Below, piece by piece: positions 20,902-31,197 of a stretch of 64,000 bases of DNA. Where the stretch lies: positions 126,132 to 190,131 of the IMG/VR virus record IMGVR_UViG_3300023174_000050; one strand, written 5' to 3'. Every line of letters begins with the position of its first letter. Position 1 is the stretch's first letter. The translations under genes and the position numbers were made by a program. The stretch is from a virus. The notes beneath the pieces are model-generated. The model was not told where the DNA came from. It saw only the letters and a list, made by a program, of their open reading frames with translations, and made no database searches.

Positions 20902-21420
20902 ATGACACATTTGTCAGTATTTGGTCCAGGCTTTAAGGACTTCGATAAATTCTTTGTTGGGTTTGACGATCAATTCAATCGCATTGCAAAAATGCATGAT
21001 GATCTAACAAAAAACATTCCCAACTATCCTCCATACAACATCAAGAAAACAGGCGATAACACCTATGTTATTGAATTAGCTGTTGCTGGTTTTGCTAAAC
21101 AGGATATTGAGATTGAGCTTGCTGATGGCAAAATGCTAATTAAAGGTAATACGCAGAGCCAAGAAGAAGAAGAAAATTTCTTGTTCAAAGGTATTGCAGG
21201 AAGAAACTTCATTAGAACATTCGCATTGGATGATCAAATTGAAGTTAAAGATGCAGCTATGTTGAATGGCATGCTAAAGATTTTCTTAGAACGTATTATT
21301 CCCGAACATAAGAAACCTAAAAAAATTGAGGTTAAAGATGTAGAAGAAGGTACAACTAAAACATCTAAAGCAAGCAAAAAACAATTGCTTACAGAAGATC
21401 CTGAATCTAGGGTACTATAA
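20902..21420 (+). CDS. small heat shock protein Hsp20 (IbpA-like)
   Basis: NYPPYNIKK, ELAVAGF, FLFKGIAGRNF, LNGML. Confidence 0.95.
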   Translation: MTHLSVFGPGFKDFDKFFVGFDDQFNRIAKMHDDLTKNIPNYPPYNIKKTGDNTYVIELAVAGFAKQDIEIELADGKMLIKGNTQSQEEEENFLFKGIAGRNFIRTFALDDQIEVKDAAMLNGMLKIFLERIIPEHKKPKKIEVKDVEEGTTKTSKASKKQLLTEDPESRVL

Positions 21421-21423
21421 TCC

Positions 21424-21441
21424 ATGGGGCTTCGGCCCCAT
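21424..21441 (+). terminator. UUCG hairpin, probable terminator
   Basis: ATGGGGC-TTCG-GCCCCAT followed by TT. Confidence 0.65.
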
Positions 21442-21460
21442 TTAACACAAAGGAAATAAA

Positions 21461-21739
21461 ATGCTAGATCCAGTAAATCTAACTATAGACGCAATACAAA
21501 ATGGCAAGAAACAATTCATTGAACAGTACATTAAAAATGCTAATCTCAAAAAATCTTGGACAAAGTATGTAGACACACAAGGTGCATTTTTGCATAGTGC
21601 ATTAGAAACACAATTAGAAATGACATCCGAATTAACTAAAACATTTATGGATACTAAATTGGAAAAATTATATAATCCATTTGGTATAGATTGGTTTCAG
21701 GCCGGTTGGGATGCCTACCAACAAAACAATAGGAAATGA
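21461..21739 (+). CDS. hypothetical protein
   Basis: 92 aa ORF with AAGGA RBS. Confidence 0.65.
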   Translation: MLDPVNLTIDAIQNGKKQFIEQYIKNANLKKSWTKYVDTQGAFLHSALETQLEMTSELTKTFMDTKLEKLYNPFGIDWFQAGWDAYQQNNRK

Positions 21740-22071
21740 TAATGATTAAAATACTTAAACTTGTTACAGGCGAAGAAATTATTGGGCAATTGACATATGG
21801 CGATACGCACATTGAGGCGGTTCGTCCATGTGCAGTTATGTTGGTTGCTTCAAAATCAACACCAGACCAACATTCTATGGCATTAATTCCGTATGCAGGA
21901 TATGCTAAAGATCATACTATTACAATTGATAAAACGGCAGTAATTTGGGAAGCAGACTTAGAAGATTCTGTTTATAATCAGTATCAATCTATTTTCGGAT
22001 CGGGCATTGAGATATTCACACAAGATGCGGCAAGCCCAAATAACGCATCATTAAATATTGTTAGAAGTTAA
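21736..22071 (+). CDS. conserved T4-like phage protein (Sm-like fold suspected)
   Basis: IKILKLVTGEEIIG start typical of the small gene preceding gp43. Confidence 0.6.
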   Translation: MIMIKILKLVTGEEIIGQLTYGDTHIEAVRPCAVMLVASKSTPDQHSMALIPYAGYAKDHTITIDKTAVIWEADLEDSVYNQYQSIFGSGIEIFTQDAASPNNASLNIVRS

Positions 22072-22364
22072 TCTTTTTTATTGATTCTTTCTGTCACTAT
22101 GTCGGGACAAGTTTTTGATGCATTATAGTAAGTTCTATATATTGAAACCTTGTCCTCACCTCTACATTGATATTCGCATACTAAAAATTTATTATCAGTA
22201 ACAGTCTTGCTTTTTATATCGCAGACCGCTTCCGCTGTCCTATAAGTTTTTTCTTTTTTGCCGGATTGTTCCATTGTAATATTTAGATTTACAGTTTTTG
22301 GAATCAAAGGTGCGACTATTGCTGCTACCGTAGCAATACTTACAAGTGTTTTTTTACTTAACAT
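22068..22364 (-). CDS. hypothetical exported protein
   Basis: Hydrophobic N-terminus, four Cys. Confidence 0.6.
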   Translation of the reverse strand: MLSKKTLVSIATVAAIVAPLIPKTVNLNITMEQSGKKEKTYRTAEAVCDIKSKTVTDNKFLVCEYQCRGEDKVSIYRTYYNASKTCPDIVTERINKKD

Positions 22365-22367
22365 TGT

Positions 22368-22517
22368 TTAGTAACGTGTAGGATCAGTTACAAACCAAAC
22401 TATTGTCAATGCTGTTACTACTGCCACCACGGCAATTAGTGAAGATACCATTATAAACTTTAATGTATTTATTTTCTCAAGCCACATCCATAATTTTGAT
22501 GCGCTTTCTGTTGGCAT
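22368..22517 (-). CDS. small membrane protein (49 aa, not in ORF track)
   Basis: MPTESASKLWMWLEKINTLKFIMVSSLIAVVAVVTALTIVWFVTDPTRY; fills the gap between co-oriented genes. Confidence 0.55.
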   Translation of the reverse strand: MPTESASKLWMWLEKINTLKFIMVSSLIAVVAVVTALTIVWFVTDPTRY

Positions 22518-22534
22518 AATGCCCTTCTTTAAAA

Positions 22535-22879
22535 TTAAGTTTTACTGTTGAATATACTATGTTTTTCAATCCAGTGTTCTAATTCTTTTAAATTAATGTC
22601 TCCGTCAAAGTGTTTTTTGAATGCGTGATATCTTTCAAGCAATTGTTTATTACCATGAAACCTGTGTAGCATTTGTTCTTCTTCTATTTCATGTTTTCTA
22701 ATTACTGGTAATAAATCGTGATATGCATAATAACTAACCAAAGCAAAGCATGCAATAGTTGCAGACGCAAAAATTATTGCACTTATATAATTATGTAATA
22801 ATATTAAAATTCCAGGTACTAAGAATATTGCGAATAACAAACTCAAAACAATTAAAAATGTTTTAGTTGTTGGTTTCAT
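22535..22879 (-). CDS. membrane protein, two TM segments
   Basis: Hydrophobic N-terminal half. Confidence 0.6.
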   Translation of the reverse strand: MKPTTKTFLIVLSLLFAIFLVPGILILLHNYISAIIFASATIACFALVSYYAYHDLLPVIRKHEIEEEQMLHRFHGNKQLLERYHAFKKHFDGDINLKELEHWIEKHSIFNSKT

Positions 22880-23684
22880 TTTCCTTTTGAGAATTTTTTA
22901 AGTATAGATAATCCTCATATTCTTGTAGTTTGCGCTTATGGTCGTACCATTCTTGTCTTCTAACTGCTTCTAATCTTTTTTGATATGGTTTATCATCTAG
23001 ATCTCCCCATCGTTGTTTTGCGTCATGGGCAATATACATAAACAACATCATTGTAAAAAAGAAAAATATTATGCCAGCTATAGCTATTGCAATCTCAAAA
23101 TAATATATTGATCTTCTTTGACGACGTTGTCTATCTTTTTCAATTTGTTTTGTAATAAGAATTTTTTGTTGAGCCCCTAACACTTTAGTCATAGACTCAA
23201 CTTCAGTATATAATGCTCCTAACTCAGGAGGGCTTTGATATATCATTAACTCTCGTAATTCTTTTCCCATTTGTTCTAATTGTTTTTGCATTAGAACTCT
23301 TTTTAGGGCACGCTTTGCTAGACTGTCGCCGCCAGTATATACCTCAGTAGAACTTCTTTTTTCTTCATCCTCAAGAACAGCGACACATTTAAAATAGTTG
23401 TCATAATATTGGCCTAGATAATCACCTATTTCAACATAAAGATCAGAAGTTTCTTCACTACGTTTGTTTAATTCTGTAACACGAGCTTTTTCCTCCGCTA
23501 ATTGTTTTTTAGCTTCAGGGGGTGCGGCTTTCCCCTCGTACTTTTTATGGAACTGATCATCAAGATCTTTAAGTACGCCTTTTACATCACCAGCGGCACT
23601 TTTGATGTCTTTATATAATTGACAACCTTTTTTTACTGCAGCCACCGCACCATTGCAAAGAGCAAATAGTGTTAAAGGATCCAT
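22863..23684 (-). CDS. coiled-coil protein with C-terminal TM segment
   Basis: MDPLTL N-terminus, long helical body, IAIAIAGIIFFFFTMMLF. Confidence 0.65.
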   Translation of the reverse strand: MDPLTLFALCNGAVAAVKKGCQLYKDIKSAAGDVKGVLKDLDDQFHKKYEGKAAPPEAKKQLAEEKARVTELNKRSEETSDLYVEIGDYLGQYYDNYFKCVAVLEDEEKRSSTEVYTGGDSLAKRALKRVLMQKQLEQMGKELRELMIYQSPPELGALYTEVESMTKVLGAQQKILITKQIEKDRQRRQRRSIYYFEIAIAIAGIIFFFFTMMLFMYIAHDAKQRWGDLDDKPYQKRLEAVRRQEWYDHKRKLQEYEDYLYLKNSQKENETNN

Positions 23685-24233
23685 TTACAACATTAAGGGA
23701 ATCCATAACCAAATAGCCTGGCTCATCAATAACATAGCAAAAATGCCTACTCCTAGACTTGCCCAGTATAATCTATTGTTAACTGCTAGTATACTTGCTG
23801 TCAATAGAACAATCGCAATTTGAAATAATGAGCCTGCATAAGTATACCAAGGCCCGCGACTTTTTGCTATAGCACGATCTGCTTCTAACATGCGAGCCTT
23901 TAAAGATAATTCTTTTTTACCCTCATTTGTAACAGGATCAGATTCATATCTTTCTATTTTAGCTTTCAATGATTCCATTTTCTTTTTATCGTGTGCTCTT
24001 TCAGCATCATCATACGCCATTTCTGCAAGTGTACCTTTAATACTTTTTGCCTGATAAAAAGCCCAGGTGTTATTTGCTTCTATAGTGTTGTTTAAAACTT
24101 TGCCCGAATTACTTCCGCCCATTAAAGTATTGATTGCCAGTAATGCTGCAAGTACCGTAATTACCCAACCCGCTTTATCCTTTATTAGAGCTTCTTTTTC
24201 GCTTCTGGATAAAGGTTTGATTGTTTCAGCCAT
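23685..24233 (-). CDS. DUF4337-like membrane protein
   Basis: ANNTWAFYQAKSIK motif plus TM segments; AGGAG RBS favours ATG at 24233. Confidence 0.65.
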   Translation of the reverse strand: MAETIKPLSRSEKEALIKDKAGWVITVLAALLAINTLMGGSNSGKVLNNTIEANNTWAFYQAKSIKGTLAEMAYDDAERAHDKKKMESLKAKIERYESDPVTNEGKKELSLKARMLEADRAIAKSRGPWYTYAGSLFQIAIVLLTASILAVNNRLYWASLGVGIFAMLLMSQAIWLWIPLML

Positions 24234-24251
24234 TTTATTCTCCTTATTATA

Positions 24252-24280
24252 TTGACACAACTTTGTTTTTATAATATAAT
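24252..24280 (+). promoter_or_regulatory. sigma70-type promoter for DNA polymerase
   Basis: TTGACA-17nt-TATAAT. Confidence 0.8.
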
Positions 24281-24289
24281 GTTACTTAA

Positions 24290-24297
24290 TATTTATG
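24290..24297 (-). promoter_or_regulatory. possible late promoter for the minus-strand cassette
   Basis: CATAAATA on the minus strand (7/8 match to TATAAATA). Confidence 0.35.
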
Positions 24298-24313
24298 ATC
24301 TAAAGGTTTTCTA

Positions 24314-26803
24314 ATGAAGTTTTATACTAGCGTAAATCAGTATGGCAACAATATCCTTGTCCGTGGGATAAATAACGGGCACAAAGTACAGGATAGGATT
24401 CCCTTTAAACCTACTCTGTATGTAAATTCTCAAAAAGAATCAAAATTTAAATCAATATATGGTCAGAATCTTGCTCCTATAGAATTTAGCAGTATTAATG
24501 ATGCAAAAGAATATGTCCAACAATATAAAGAAGTTGAGAATTTTTCAGTATTTGGTAATACAAATTTCGCATACCAATACATATCGTCAGCATTTAAAGA
24601 TGATGTAGAATTTGATATTTCTCAAATGAAGATATGGTCATTGGATATTGAGACTACTGCAGACTTAGGATTCCCCGATGTAGTGAACACTAATGAAAAA
24701 GTATTGTTGATTACCACACAAGATTACGAAACAAAACAAATTGTTACCTTTGGTTTACACCCCGCAAAACCTGTTAGTGAAAAACATACTTATGTTCATT
24801 GTTCTGACGAAATAAGTTTACTAAAAGAATTTTTAGATTATATTTCTGAGGATCATCCTCATATTATTACAGGATGGAATGTGGAATTTTTTGATATCCC
24901 ATATCTATGTAATCGTATTACTAAAATTCTTGGCGAGGATGCTTTAAAGAAATTATCTCCTTGGAAAATAGTAAATGAGAAACGTATTCTAAAATTAAAA
25001 AAAGAAAATGTTTCTTTCGAGGTAATGGGTGTAGCCATTCTAGACTATCTGGACTTGTATAAAAAGTTTACATATAATGCACAAGAATCTTATAAGTTAG
25101 ATCATATTGCTAAGGTTGAATTGGGTAGCGAAAAATTATCATATGATGAATATGATTCTTTTACTGCATTTTATAAAGGCAACTGGCAAAAGTTTGTAGA
25201 GTATAATATTCGAGATGTAGAAATTGTTGACCAACTTGAAGATAAGATGAAATTGATTGAACTTATTCTTACAATGGCATATGATGCCAAGTGTAATTAT
25301 ATTGACATTTTCTCTGCAGTAAGAACTTGGGATTGTATTTTATATAATCAACTACTAAAGAAAAATATTATTGTCCATCAAAGAGAGGATAAGCCCGGTA
25401 GACAAATTGCAGGAGCATATGTTCAAGAACCTAAACCGGGAAAATATAATTGGGTGGTTTCATTTGATGCAACAAGTCTGTATCCTAGTATTATTATGCA
25501 ATATAATATGTCTCCAGAAACACTTGTTAATAATCCAAAACACTTTGATATACAAATTAAAGATCTTCTAAAAGGCGATGATTTATCTGATCTAACAGTT
25601 AAAGATTATTGTATGGCATCTAATGGTAGATGTTTTACAAGAGATAAACAAGGCATCTTTCCTGAGATTGTTCAAAAGTTATTTGACGATAGAAAGCAAT
25701 ACAAGAACTTGATGTTGGATGCACAAGCCGAATATGAGAAAACAAAGAATCCAATTTGGCAAAAAGAGATATCAAAATATAACAATTTTCAGATGGCTAG
25801 AAAGATTCAAATGAATTCTTTATTTGGTGCCTTAGCCAATGAATATTTCAGATTCTATGATTCTAACATTGCGGAAGGTATCACTTTAACCGGCCAATAT
25901 ATTATTCAGAAAGTCGGTAGAGATTTAGATACATACTTGAATAAAGTTTGCGGAACAAAAGATCATAGCTATTCTTTTTATTCTGATACTGATTCTTGTT
26001 ATGTTACCTTCGCACCTCTTGTAGAAAAATTCTATAAAGGAAAAGATCCAGAAAAGATTGTAGACATTCTTGATGAAATCTGCGAGGGAAAGATTCAAGA
26101 AATTCTAAATAAGAGTTGTAATGAAATTGCAGAGTATACTAATGCGTTTGATAAGAAGATTTATTTTAAACGAGAAGCAATCGCAGAAACAGGAGTATGG
26201 GTTGCGAAGAAACGATATGCTTTAAATGTTTATAATAATGAAGGGGTTAAATACTCAGAGCCCAAGCTAAAGGTTATGGGATTGGAGATTGTAAGATCTT
26301 CTACCCCTGAACCTATTAGAGATGGTTTGCGAAAAGCAGTTAAATTGGCTTTGACTTCTGATGAACAGACTCTTCAAGATTATATTCGAGGATTTGAGAC
26401 AGAATATAGAAAAATGAAACCTGAATTGATATCTTTTCCTAGAAGTGTTAACGGATTGGATAAATATACAGATAGAGCCAATATATATAAACAGGCTACC
26501 CCGATGCATGTCAGAGGGGCACTATTATATAATTTTTATCTTGACAAATATGATCTAGGTAAAAGATATGAAAAGATTAAAGAAGGCGATAAAATTAAGT
26601 TTATTTATTTAAAAGAACCAAATATTATCGGTGAAAATTGTATAGCATTCAATACTATTATACCCCCTGAATTAGATCTGATTAAGTACGCAGATTATGA
26701 TACTATGTTCGAGAAATCATTTCTGGAACCTATGAATACAATATTAGATGGAATAGGTTGGTCTGCTAAACCTCAAGCAACATTAGAAGGATTATTCGGA
26801 TGA
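24314..26803 (+). CDS. family B DNA polymerase (T4 gp43-like)
   Basis: Exo DIET, SFDATSLYPSII, KIQMNSLFG, YSDTDS, KKRYAL. Confidence 0.98.
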   Translation: MKFYTSVNQYGNNILVRGINNGHKVQDRIPFKPTLYVNSQKESKFKSIYGQNLAPIEFSSINDAKEYVQQYKEVENFSVFGNTNFAYQYISSAFKDDVEFDISQMKIWSLDIETTADLGFPDVVNTNEKVLLITTQDYETKQIVTFGLHPAKPVSEKHTYVHCSDEISLLKEFLDYISEDHPHIITGWNVEFFDIPYLCNRITKILGEDALKKLSPWKIVNEKRILKLKKENVSFEVMGVAILDYLDLYKKFTYNAQESYKLDHIAKVELGSEKLSYDEYDSFTAFYKGNWQKFVEYNIRDVEIVDQLEDKMKLIELILTMAYDAKCNYIDIFSAVRTWDCILYNQLLKKNIIVHQREDKPGRQIAGAYVQEPKPGKYNWVVSFDATSLYPSIIMQYNMSPETLVNNPKHFDIQIKDLLKGDDLSDLTVKDYCMASNGRCFTRDKQGIFPEIVQKLFDDRKQYKNLMLDAQAEYEKTKNPIWQKEISKYNNFQMARKIQMNSLFGALANEYFRFYDSNIAEGITLTGQYIIQKVGRDLDTYLNKVCGTKDHSYSFYSDTDSCYVTFAPLVEKFYKGKDPEKIVDILDEICEGKIQEILNKSCNEIAEYTNAFDKKIYFKREAIAETGVWVAKKRYALNVYNNEGVKYSEPKLKVMGLEIVRSSTPEPIRDGLRKAVKLALTSDEQTLQDYIRGFETEYRKMKPELISFPRSVNGLDKYTDRANIYKQATPMHVRGALLYNFYLDKYDLGKRYEKIKEGDKIKFIYLKEPNIIGENCIAFNTIIPPELDLIKYADYDTMFEKSFLEPMNTILDGIGWSAKPQATLEGLFG

Positions 26804-27645
26804 AAAAATTATTAAAACAAACAATATGGGCAACACTTGCTATAGCAGGTTTATTATTTCCCGCATGGAATAACCATGCATTTGCCTGGGATCAACGACA
26901 ACCATTGCCGACAGAGCAATGTAAAATACATAGCCCATTCGGATTTGCTGATAGCGCTAAAAAATATTCGCCTATTTGTCGACAAGCATATTTTGTGGCA
27001 TATGATGCACCTGCAAAAATTCCCGCATATGTGGCATATACATTGGAGCCAAAGAATGCTCTTGGGTGTGTTGCAAGAACAAATGCTTTTGCAACAGATC
27101 AATCTGTTAAAGGTGGCGCTGTTCCTGCAGACTATGCAGGAACAGGATATGACAAAGGTCACGTATCACCCGATGGGGATTTATCCTGGGATACTCAGGT
27201 TGAATTTGAAAGTTTCTTGATGACAAATATGTTACCTCAAGCGGGATCTTTGAATCGTGGAATTTGGAAATTGTTAGAAACATCTGTACGCGGATGGGCA
27301 GTCCAATTAGATTCGCCATTTACTATTTACGGCGGTGGTATCTATAATGATACTAATAAAAAAATTGGTAGCGGAGTAGTTGTCCCGCACGCGTATTATA
27401 AAATTGTTATTAATAGAAAAACAAATGAATATGCTGCATGGATGTTTCCTCATACTGCACCATATCCAAATTTAGGAAATGATTTAACAAAATATAGAAC
27501 ACAAGTTTCTGCTATTGTAAAAGAAGCAAAGATCGGATTTCTTGTGCCACCAAATGGTAAAGAATTGCAGCCAGGAAAAGAATGGCCTGTTGATTTTGGC
27601 AAATTGACTAATGCTAAAAGGACAAAGTGCGGCAAAGATGAATAG
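26800..27645 (+). CDS. DNA/RNA non-specific endonuclease (NucA family) with signal peptide
   Basis: YDKGH catalytic motif, TNMLPQ, LNRGIW; N-terminal signal ending AFA. Confidence 0.9.
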   Translation: MKKLLKQTIWATLAIAGLLFPAWNNHAFAWDQRQPLPTEQCKIHSPFGFADSAKKYSPICRQAYFVAYDAPAKIPAYVAYTLEPKNALGCVARTNAFATDQSVKGGAVPADYAGTGYDKGHVSPDGDLSWDTQVEFESFLMTNMLPQAGSLNRGIWKLLETSVRGWAVQLDSPFTIYGGGIYNDTNKKIGSGVVVPHAYYKIVINRKTNEYAAWMFPHTAPYPNLGNDLTKYRTQVSAIVKEAKIGFLVPPNGKELQPGKEWPVDFGKLTNAKRTKCGKDE

Positions 27646-27671
27646 ACAAAAAATACATTATGCTATATAAT
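27643..27671 (+). promoter_or_regulatory. sigma70-like promoter for uvsX
   Basis: TAGACA-17nt-TATAAT. Confidence 0.65.
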
Positions 27672-27696
27672 ATTGAAACATACTTAAGGAGTTATT

Positions 27697-28776
27697 ATGT
27701 CTTTACTTGACAAATTGAAGAAAAATTCGACGATCAAGGAAACAGAGGTTTTAAATAAATCAAAATTCTTTCAAAAGAAAGATATGATTCAAACATCTGT
27801 TCCTATGATCAATGTGGCGCTGTCGGGAAGTTTAGAAGGTGGACTAACACCTGGTTTAACAGTTTTTGCTGGACCTTCCAAACATTTTAAGACAGCTTTT
27901 TCATTATTACTTGCGAAAGCTTATTTGGAAAAATATGAAGATGCTATTTTATTGTTTTATGATTCTGAGTTTGGTAGTCCTCAGTCTTATTTCGATAGTT
28001 TCGGAATTGATACGAACAGGGTATTACATACTCCTATAACAGATATTGAACAACTAAAGTTTGATATTATGAGTCAAATTAATAATATTGAGCGAGGCGA
28101 TCATGTTCTTATTTGTATTGATTCAGTAGGCAATCTTGCTTCTAAGAAAGAAGTTGATGATGCACTTGAAGGTAAATCTGTTGCAGATATGACCCGTGCT
28201 AAACAAATGAAATCTTTATTTAGAATGGTTACGCCGCATTTGACTATTAAAGATATTCCAATGGTCGTCGTTAATCATACTTATTCCGAAATTGGTCTGT
28301 TCCCTAAACAGATTGTATCCGGAGGAACAGGCATTTATTATTCCGCGGACAACATCTTTATTATTGGTCGCCAGCAAGAAAAAGATGGCACGGAGGTGGT
28401 GGGATACAACTTTATTGTGAATGTAGAAAAATCTAGATTTGTAAGAGAAAAATCTAAGATTCCTGTCGAGGTAACATTTGAGGGTGGTATTAGTACTTGG
28501 TCTGGTCTATTGGATGTAGCAATTGAAGGTAAGTTTGTTATTAAACCATCAAATGGTTGGTACTCAAAAGTAGATACAAAGACGGGCGAAACAGAAGAAA
28601 AAAAGTATCGTATCAAAGACACATACACAAAAGAATTCTGGATGCCTATTCTTCAATCAAAAGCATTCCGAGATTATATTGAAGGCCGCTATAAAGTAGC
28701 ATCTATTGATATGGTTGGAACAGAAATGACAAACATAGATATAAGCGAGGAGTTCGAACATGCAAGTGAATTATGA
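27697..28776 (+). CDS. uvsX: RecA-like recombinase UvsX
   Basis: AGPSKHFKT, FYDSEFG, DSVGNLAS, GGTGIYYSAD. Confidence 0.95.
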   Translation: MSLLDKLKKNSTIKETEVLNKSKFFQKKDMIQTSVPMINVALSGSLEGGLTPGLTVFAGPSKHFKTAFSLLLAKAYLEKYEDAILLFYDSEFGSPQSYFDSFGIDTNRVLHTPITDIEQLKFDIMSQINNIERGDHVLICIDSVGNLASKKEVDDALEGKSVADMTRAKQMKSLFRMVTPHLTIKDIPMVVVNHTYSEIGLFPKQIVSGGTGIYYSADNIFIIGRQQEKDGTEVVGYNFIVNVEKSRFVREKSKIPVEVTFEGGISTWSGLLDVAIEGKFVIKPSNGWYSKVDTKTGETEEKKYRIKDTYTKEFWMPILQSKAFRDYIEGRYKVASIDMVGTEMTNIDISEEFEHASEL

Positions 28777-29062
28777 ACCTTGGGTAATCAGAAAAGATGA
28801 CGAGGAAATATGGGGCGTTAAATTATTGGATGGGGAATTTGCAGGTACTGCATTATCCATTAATGAATTAGATGAAAAAGATGGGTCAAAAGAATTGATC
28901 CTAGATTATACCGTGGTACAGCCACCCGACGGTATGACGGTTGAACAAGTTGCAGGAAGTAATTTTGATGCAATTCTAAATTTTATTATTAGTGATATAT
29001 TACAAAAGGCTGTCGATGAATACGAAAATAGAAAAGGTAATACTTCAGAATCTAGCGAATGA
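28760..29062 (+). CDS. hypothetical acidic protein
   Basis: 100 aa ORF between uvsX and helicase, overlapping both. Confidence 0.65.
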   Translation: MQVNYEPWVIRKDDEEIWGVKLLDGEFAGTALSINELDEKDGSKELILDYTVVQPPDGMTVEQVAGSNFDAILNFIISDILQKAVDEYENRKGNTSESSE

Positions 29063-30428
29063 TGATGTGTTTATGAGAAAAGTAATCCCGTTTCTACAAC
29101 GCGATTACTTTATAGAAAACACAGAAAAAATTGTTTATGAAAAGATAAAGAGTTTTATTGATGAGTATAATGTAATCCCTACAAAGGATGCATTGGTAAT
29201 TGCTGCACAAAATGATAAAACTTTAAATGAAGATCAGTATAAGGAAGTTGTGGAGCTTATACATGAACTAGAACCCACAGAACATAATAAAGATTGGCTT
29301 TATAAAGAAACAGAAAAATTCTGTAAAGATAAGGCAATCTATAATGCTATTCTACAATCTATTTCTATTATAGATGGAAGAGATAAAGCAAGGTCCGAAG
29401 ATGGTATTCCTCAATTATTGCAGGATGCACTCGGTGTTTGCTTTGACAATAATGTGGGACATGACTATATTGAAAGCGCAGATAAACGATATGAATTCTA
29501 TCACCGCGTAGAATCCAGAGTTCCTTTTGACTTAGATTACTTTAATAAAATTACCAATGGCGGAATGCCTAACAAGACTTTGAATGTCTGCCTAGCTGGT
29601 ACCGGTGTTGGTAAATCTTTATTCATGTGCCATGTTGCTGCATCAGTACTCGCACAGAACAAAAATGTATTATATATTACTTTAGAGATGGCAGAAGAAA
29701 GAATTGCAGAACGTATTGATGCAAATTTAATGAACATCACTATGGATCAGCTTAAAGATCTTCCTAAATCTATTTTCGATAATCGTATTGAAAAGATTAA
29801 AGCAAAGACAGAAGGTACTTTAATCATTAAAGAATATCCTACAACTGGCGCACATACCGGACACTTTAAAGCATTGTTGAATGAGCTACAACTAAAGAGA
29901 CAATTCAAACCTGATCTAATTGTTATTGATTACTTGAATATTTGCGCATCATCTAGATTTAAAGGTGGGGCAAATATTAATTCGTATACTTTAATTAAAT
30001 CTATTGCTGAAGAACTTAGGGGGTTGGCAGTAGAAGAGAATGTTCCTATTCTATCTGCTACACAAACTACAAGGGGTGGTTATGGTAATACGGATGTAGA
30101 ATTAACAGATACTTCTGAATCTTTTGGTTTGCCTGCGACAGTAGATTTTATGTTTGCTTTGATATCCACTGAGGATATGGAAAAGATGAATCAGTTAATG
30201 GTCAAACAACTTAAGAATAGATATAATGACCCTACACTTAATAAGAGATTTGTAATAGGTGTAGATAGAGCAAAAATGAAACTATATGATTTAGAACAAT
30301 CTGCACAAAAAGGTTTGAGTGATTCTGGAATTGTTCACGAACGTCCTTCACATAAACCTGCAGTTGATCCGGCATTTGATGGAATTTTTAATAGTCCAAG
30401 ACGAGACTTCTCAAAGATAAAGGTCTAA
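29016..30428 (+). CDS. replicative DnaB-like helicase (T4 gp41-like)
   Basis: AGTGVGKS, ITLEMAEERI, VIDYLNI, SATQTTR, TSESFGLP. Confidence 0.96.
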   Translation: MNTKIEKVILQNLANDDVFMRKVIPFLQRDYFIENTEKIVYEKIKSFIDEYNVIPTKDALVIAAQNDKTLNEDQYKEVVELIHELEPTEHNKDWLYKETEKFCKDKAIYNAILQSISIIDGRDKARSEDGIPQLLQDALGVCFDNNVGHDYIESADKRYEFYHRVESRVPFDLDYFNKITNGGMPNKTLNVCLAGTGVGKSLFMCHVAASVLAQNKNVLYITLEMAEERIAERIDANLMNITMDQLKDLPKSIFDNRIEKIKAKTEGTLIIKEYPTTGAHTGHFKALLNELQLKRQFKPDLIVIDYLNICASSRFKGGANINSYTLIKSIAEELRGLAVEENVPILSATQTTRGGYGNTDVELTDTSESFGLPATVDFMFALISTEDMEKMNQLMVKQLKNRYNDPTLNKRFVIGVDRAKMKLYDLEQSAQKGLSDSGIVHERPSHKPAVDPAFDGIFNSPRRDFSKIKV

Positions 30429-30429
30429 T

Positions 30430-30624
30430 ATGCAGAAATTAAGTAGCACTAGATTAACAACCAGTAATTTAAAATTAAAAGCAAATGTAAATAACACGAT
30501 ACAGGAAGTGGATACTCCAATCCCAATGAACATTTCAGATTTTAAGTCGAGCCAAAAATTAGAATCCACTCAAAAGATTGAAGGCGTAGATTTAACTTAT
30601 ATTAAACATATAAATAAAATGTAA
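30430..30624 (+). CDS. hypothetical protein
   Basis: 64 aa ORF immediately after the helicase. Confidence 0.4.
   Translation: MQKLSSTRLTTSNLKLKANVNNTIQEVDTPIPMNISDFKSSQKLESTQKIEGVDLTYIKHINKM
30609..30616 (+). promoter_or_regulatory. T4-type late promoter
   Basis: TATAAATA 25 nt upstream of the next ATG. Confidence 0.55.
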
Positions 30625-30640
30625 CCAACAAGGAGGCGAT

Positions 30641-31153
30641 ATGCTAATTACTGTTAGTGGAGCGAAAGATATGCATCTTACAAAACTACTAAAATTAGCA
30701 GCACGATCATTCGCAGACAAACTCCTGTCCTCTCAATTAGAAAAAAATATTTCAATTAAAATTAACATCAAAGAAAAACTTGATGCTGGCGGATATTGTG
30801 ATTTTATAGAAGAAGGGTTACCTTGCCCTAGAAGGTTTGTAATAGACATTCAAAGAACAAAAAAGAAAATACATATGTTTTCTGTACTTGCTCATGAAAT
30901 GGTTCATCTTAAACAAATGGCTACGGGCGAGATGAAAGATAGATATAAAAAGACAAAATATGTAACAGTGTGGAGGGGAGAAACTTACGAAGACGATGTT
31001 CATTACTGGGATCAGCCTTGGGAGATTGAGGCATACGGTTTGGAAAATAGTCTTGTTGCAAAGTTTTTGATAGAACACAACCAATTTAAAAATCTTAGAC
31101 AGCGGCAAAAAGATTGGTTTGTGTATGAAGAAGATAATGTTTTGGATGATTGA
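30641..31153 (+). CDS. SprT-like zinc metallopeptidase
   Basis: LAHEMVHLKQ (HExxH), QPWEIEA. Confidence 0.75.
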   Translation: MLITVSGAKDMHLTKLLKLAARSFADKLLSSQLEKNISIKINIKEKLDAGGYCDFIEEGLPCPRRFVIDIQRTKKKIHMFSVLAHEMVHLKQMATGEMKDRYKKTKYVTVWRGETYEDDVHYWDQPWEIEAYGLENSLVAKFLIEHNQFKNLRQRQKDWFVYEEDNVLDD

Positions 31154-31197
31154 TAGGAGTATATCATGTAATTCAAACTTAATTATAAGGAGAAGTA

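Noticed and set aside
24314-30428. Inteins or introns in gp43, UvsX or gp41
   Set aside because: Lengths are ordinary, motifs are contiguous and no intein splice motifs were seen.
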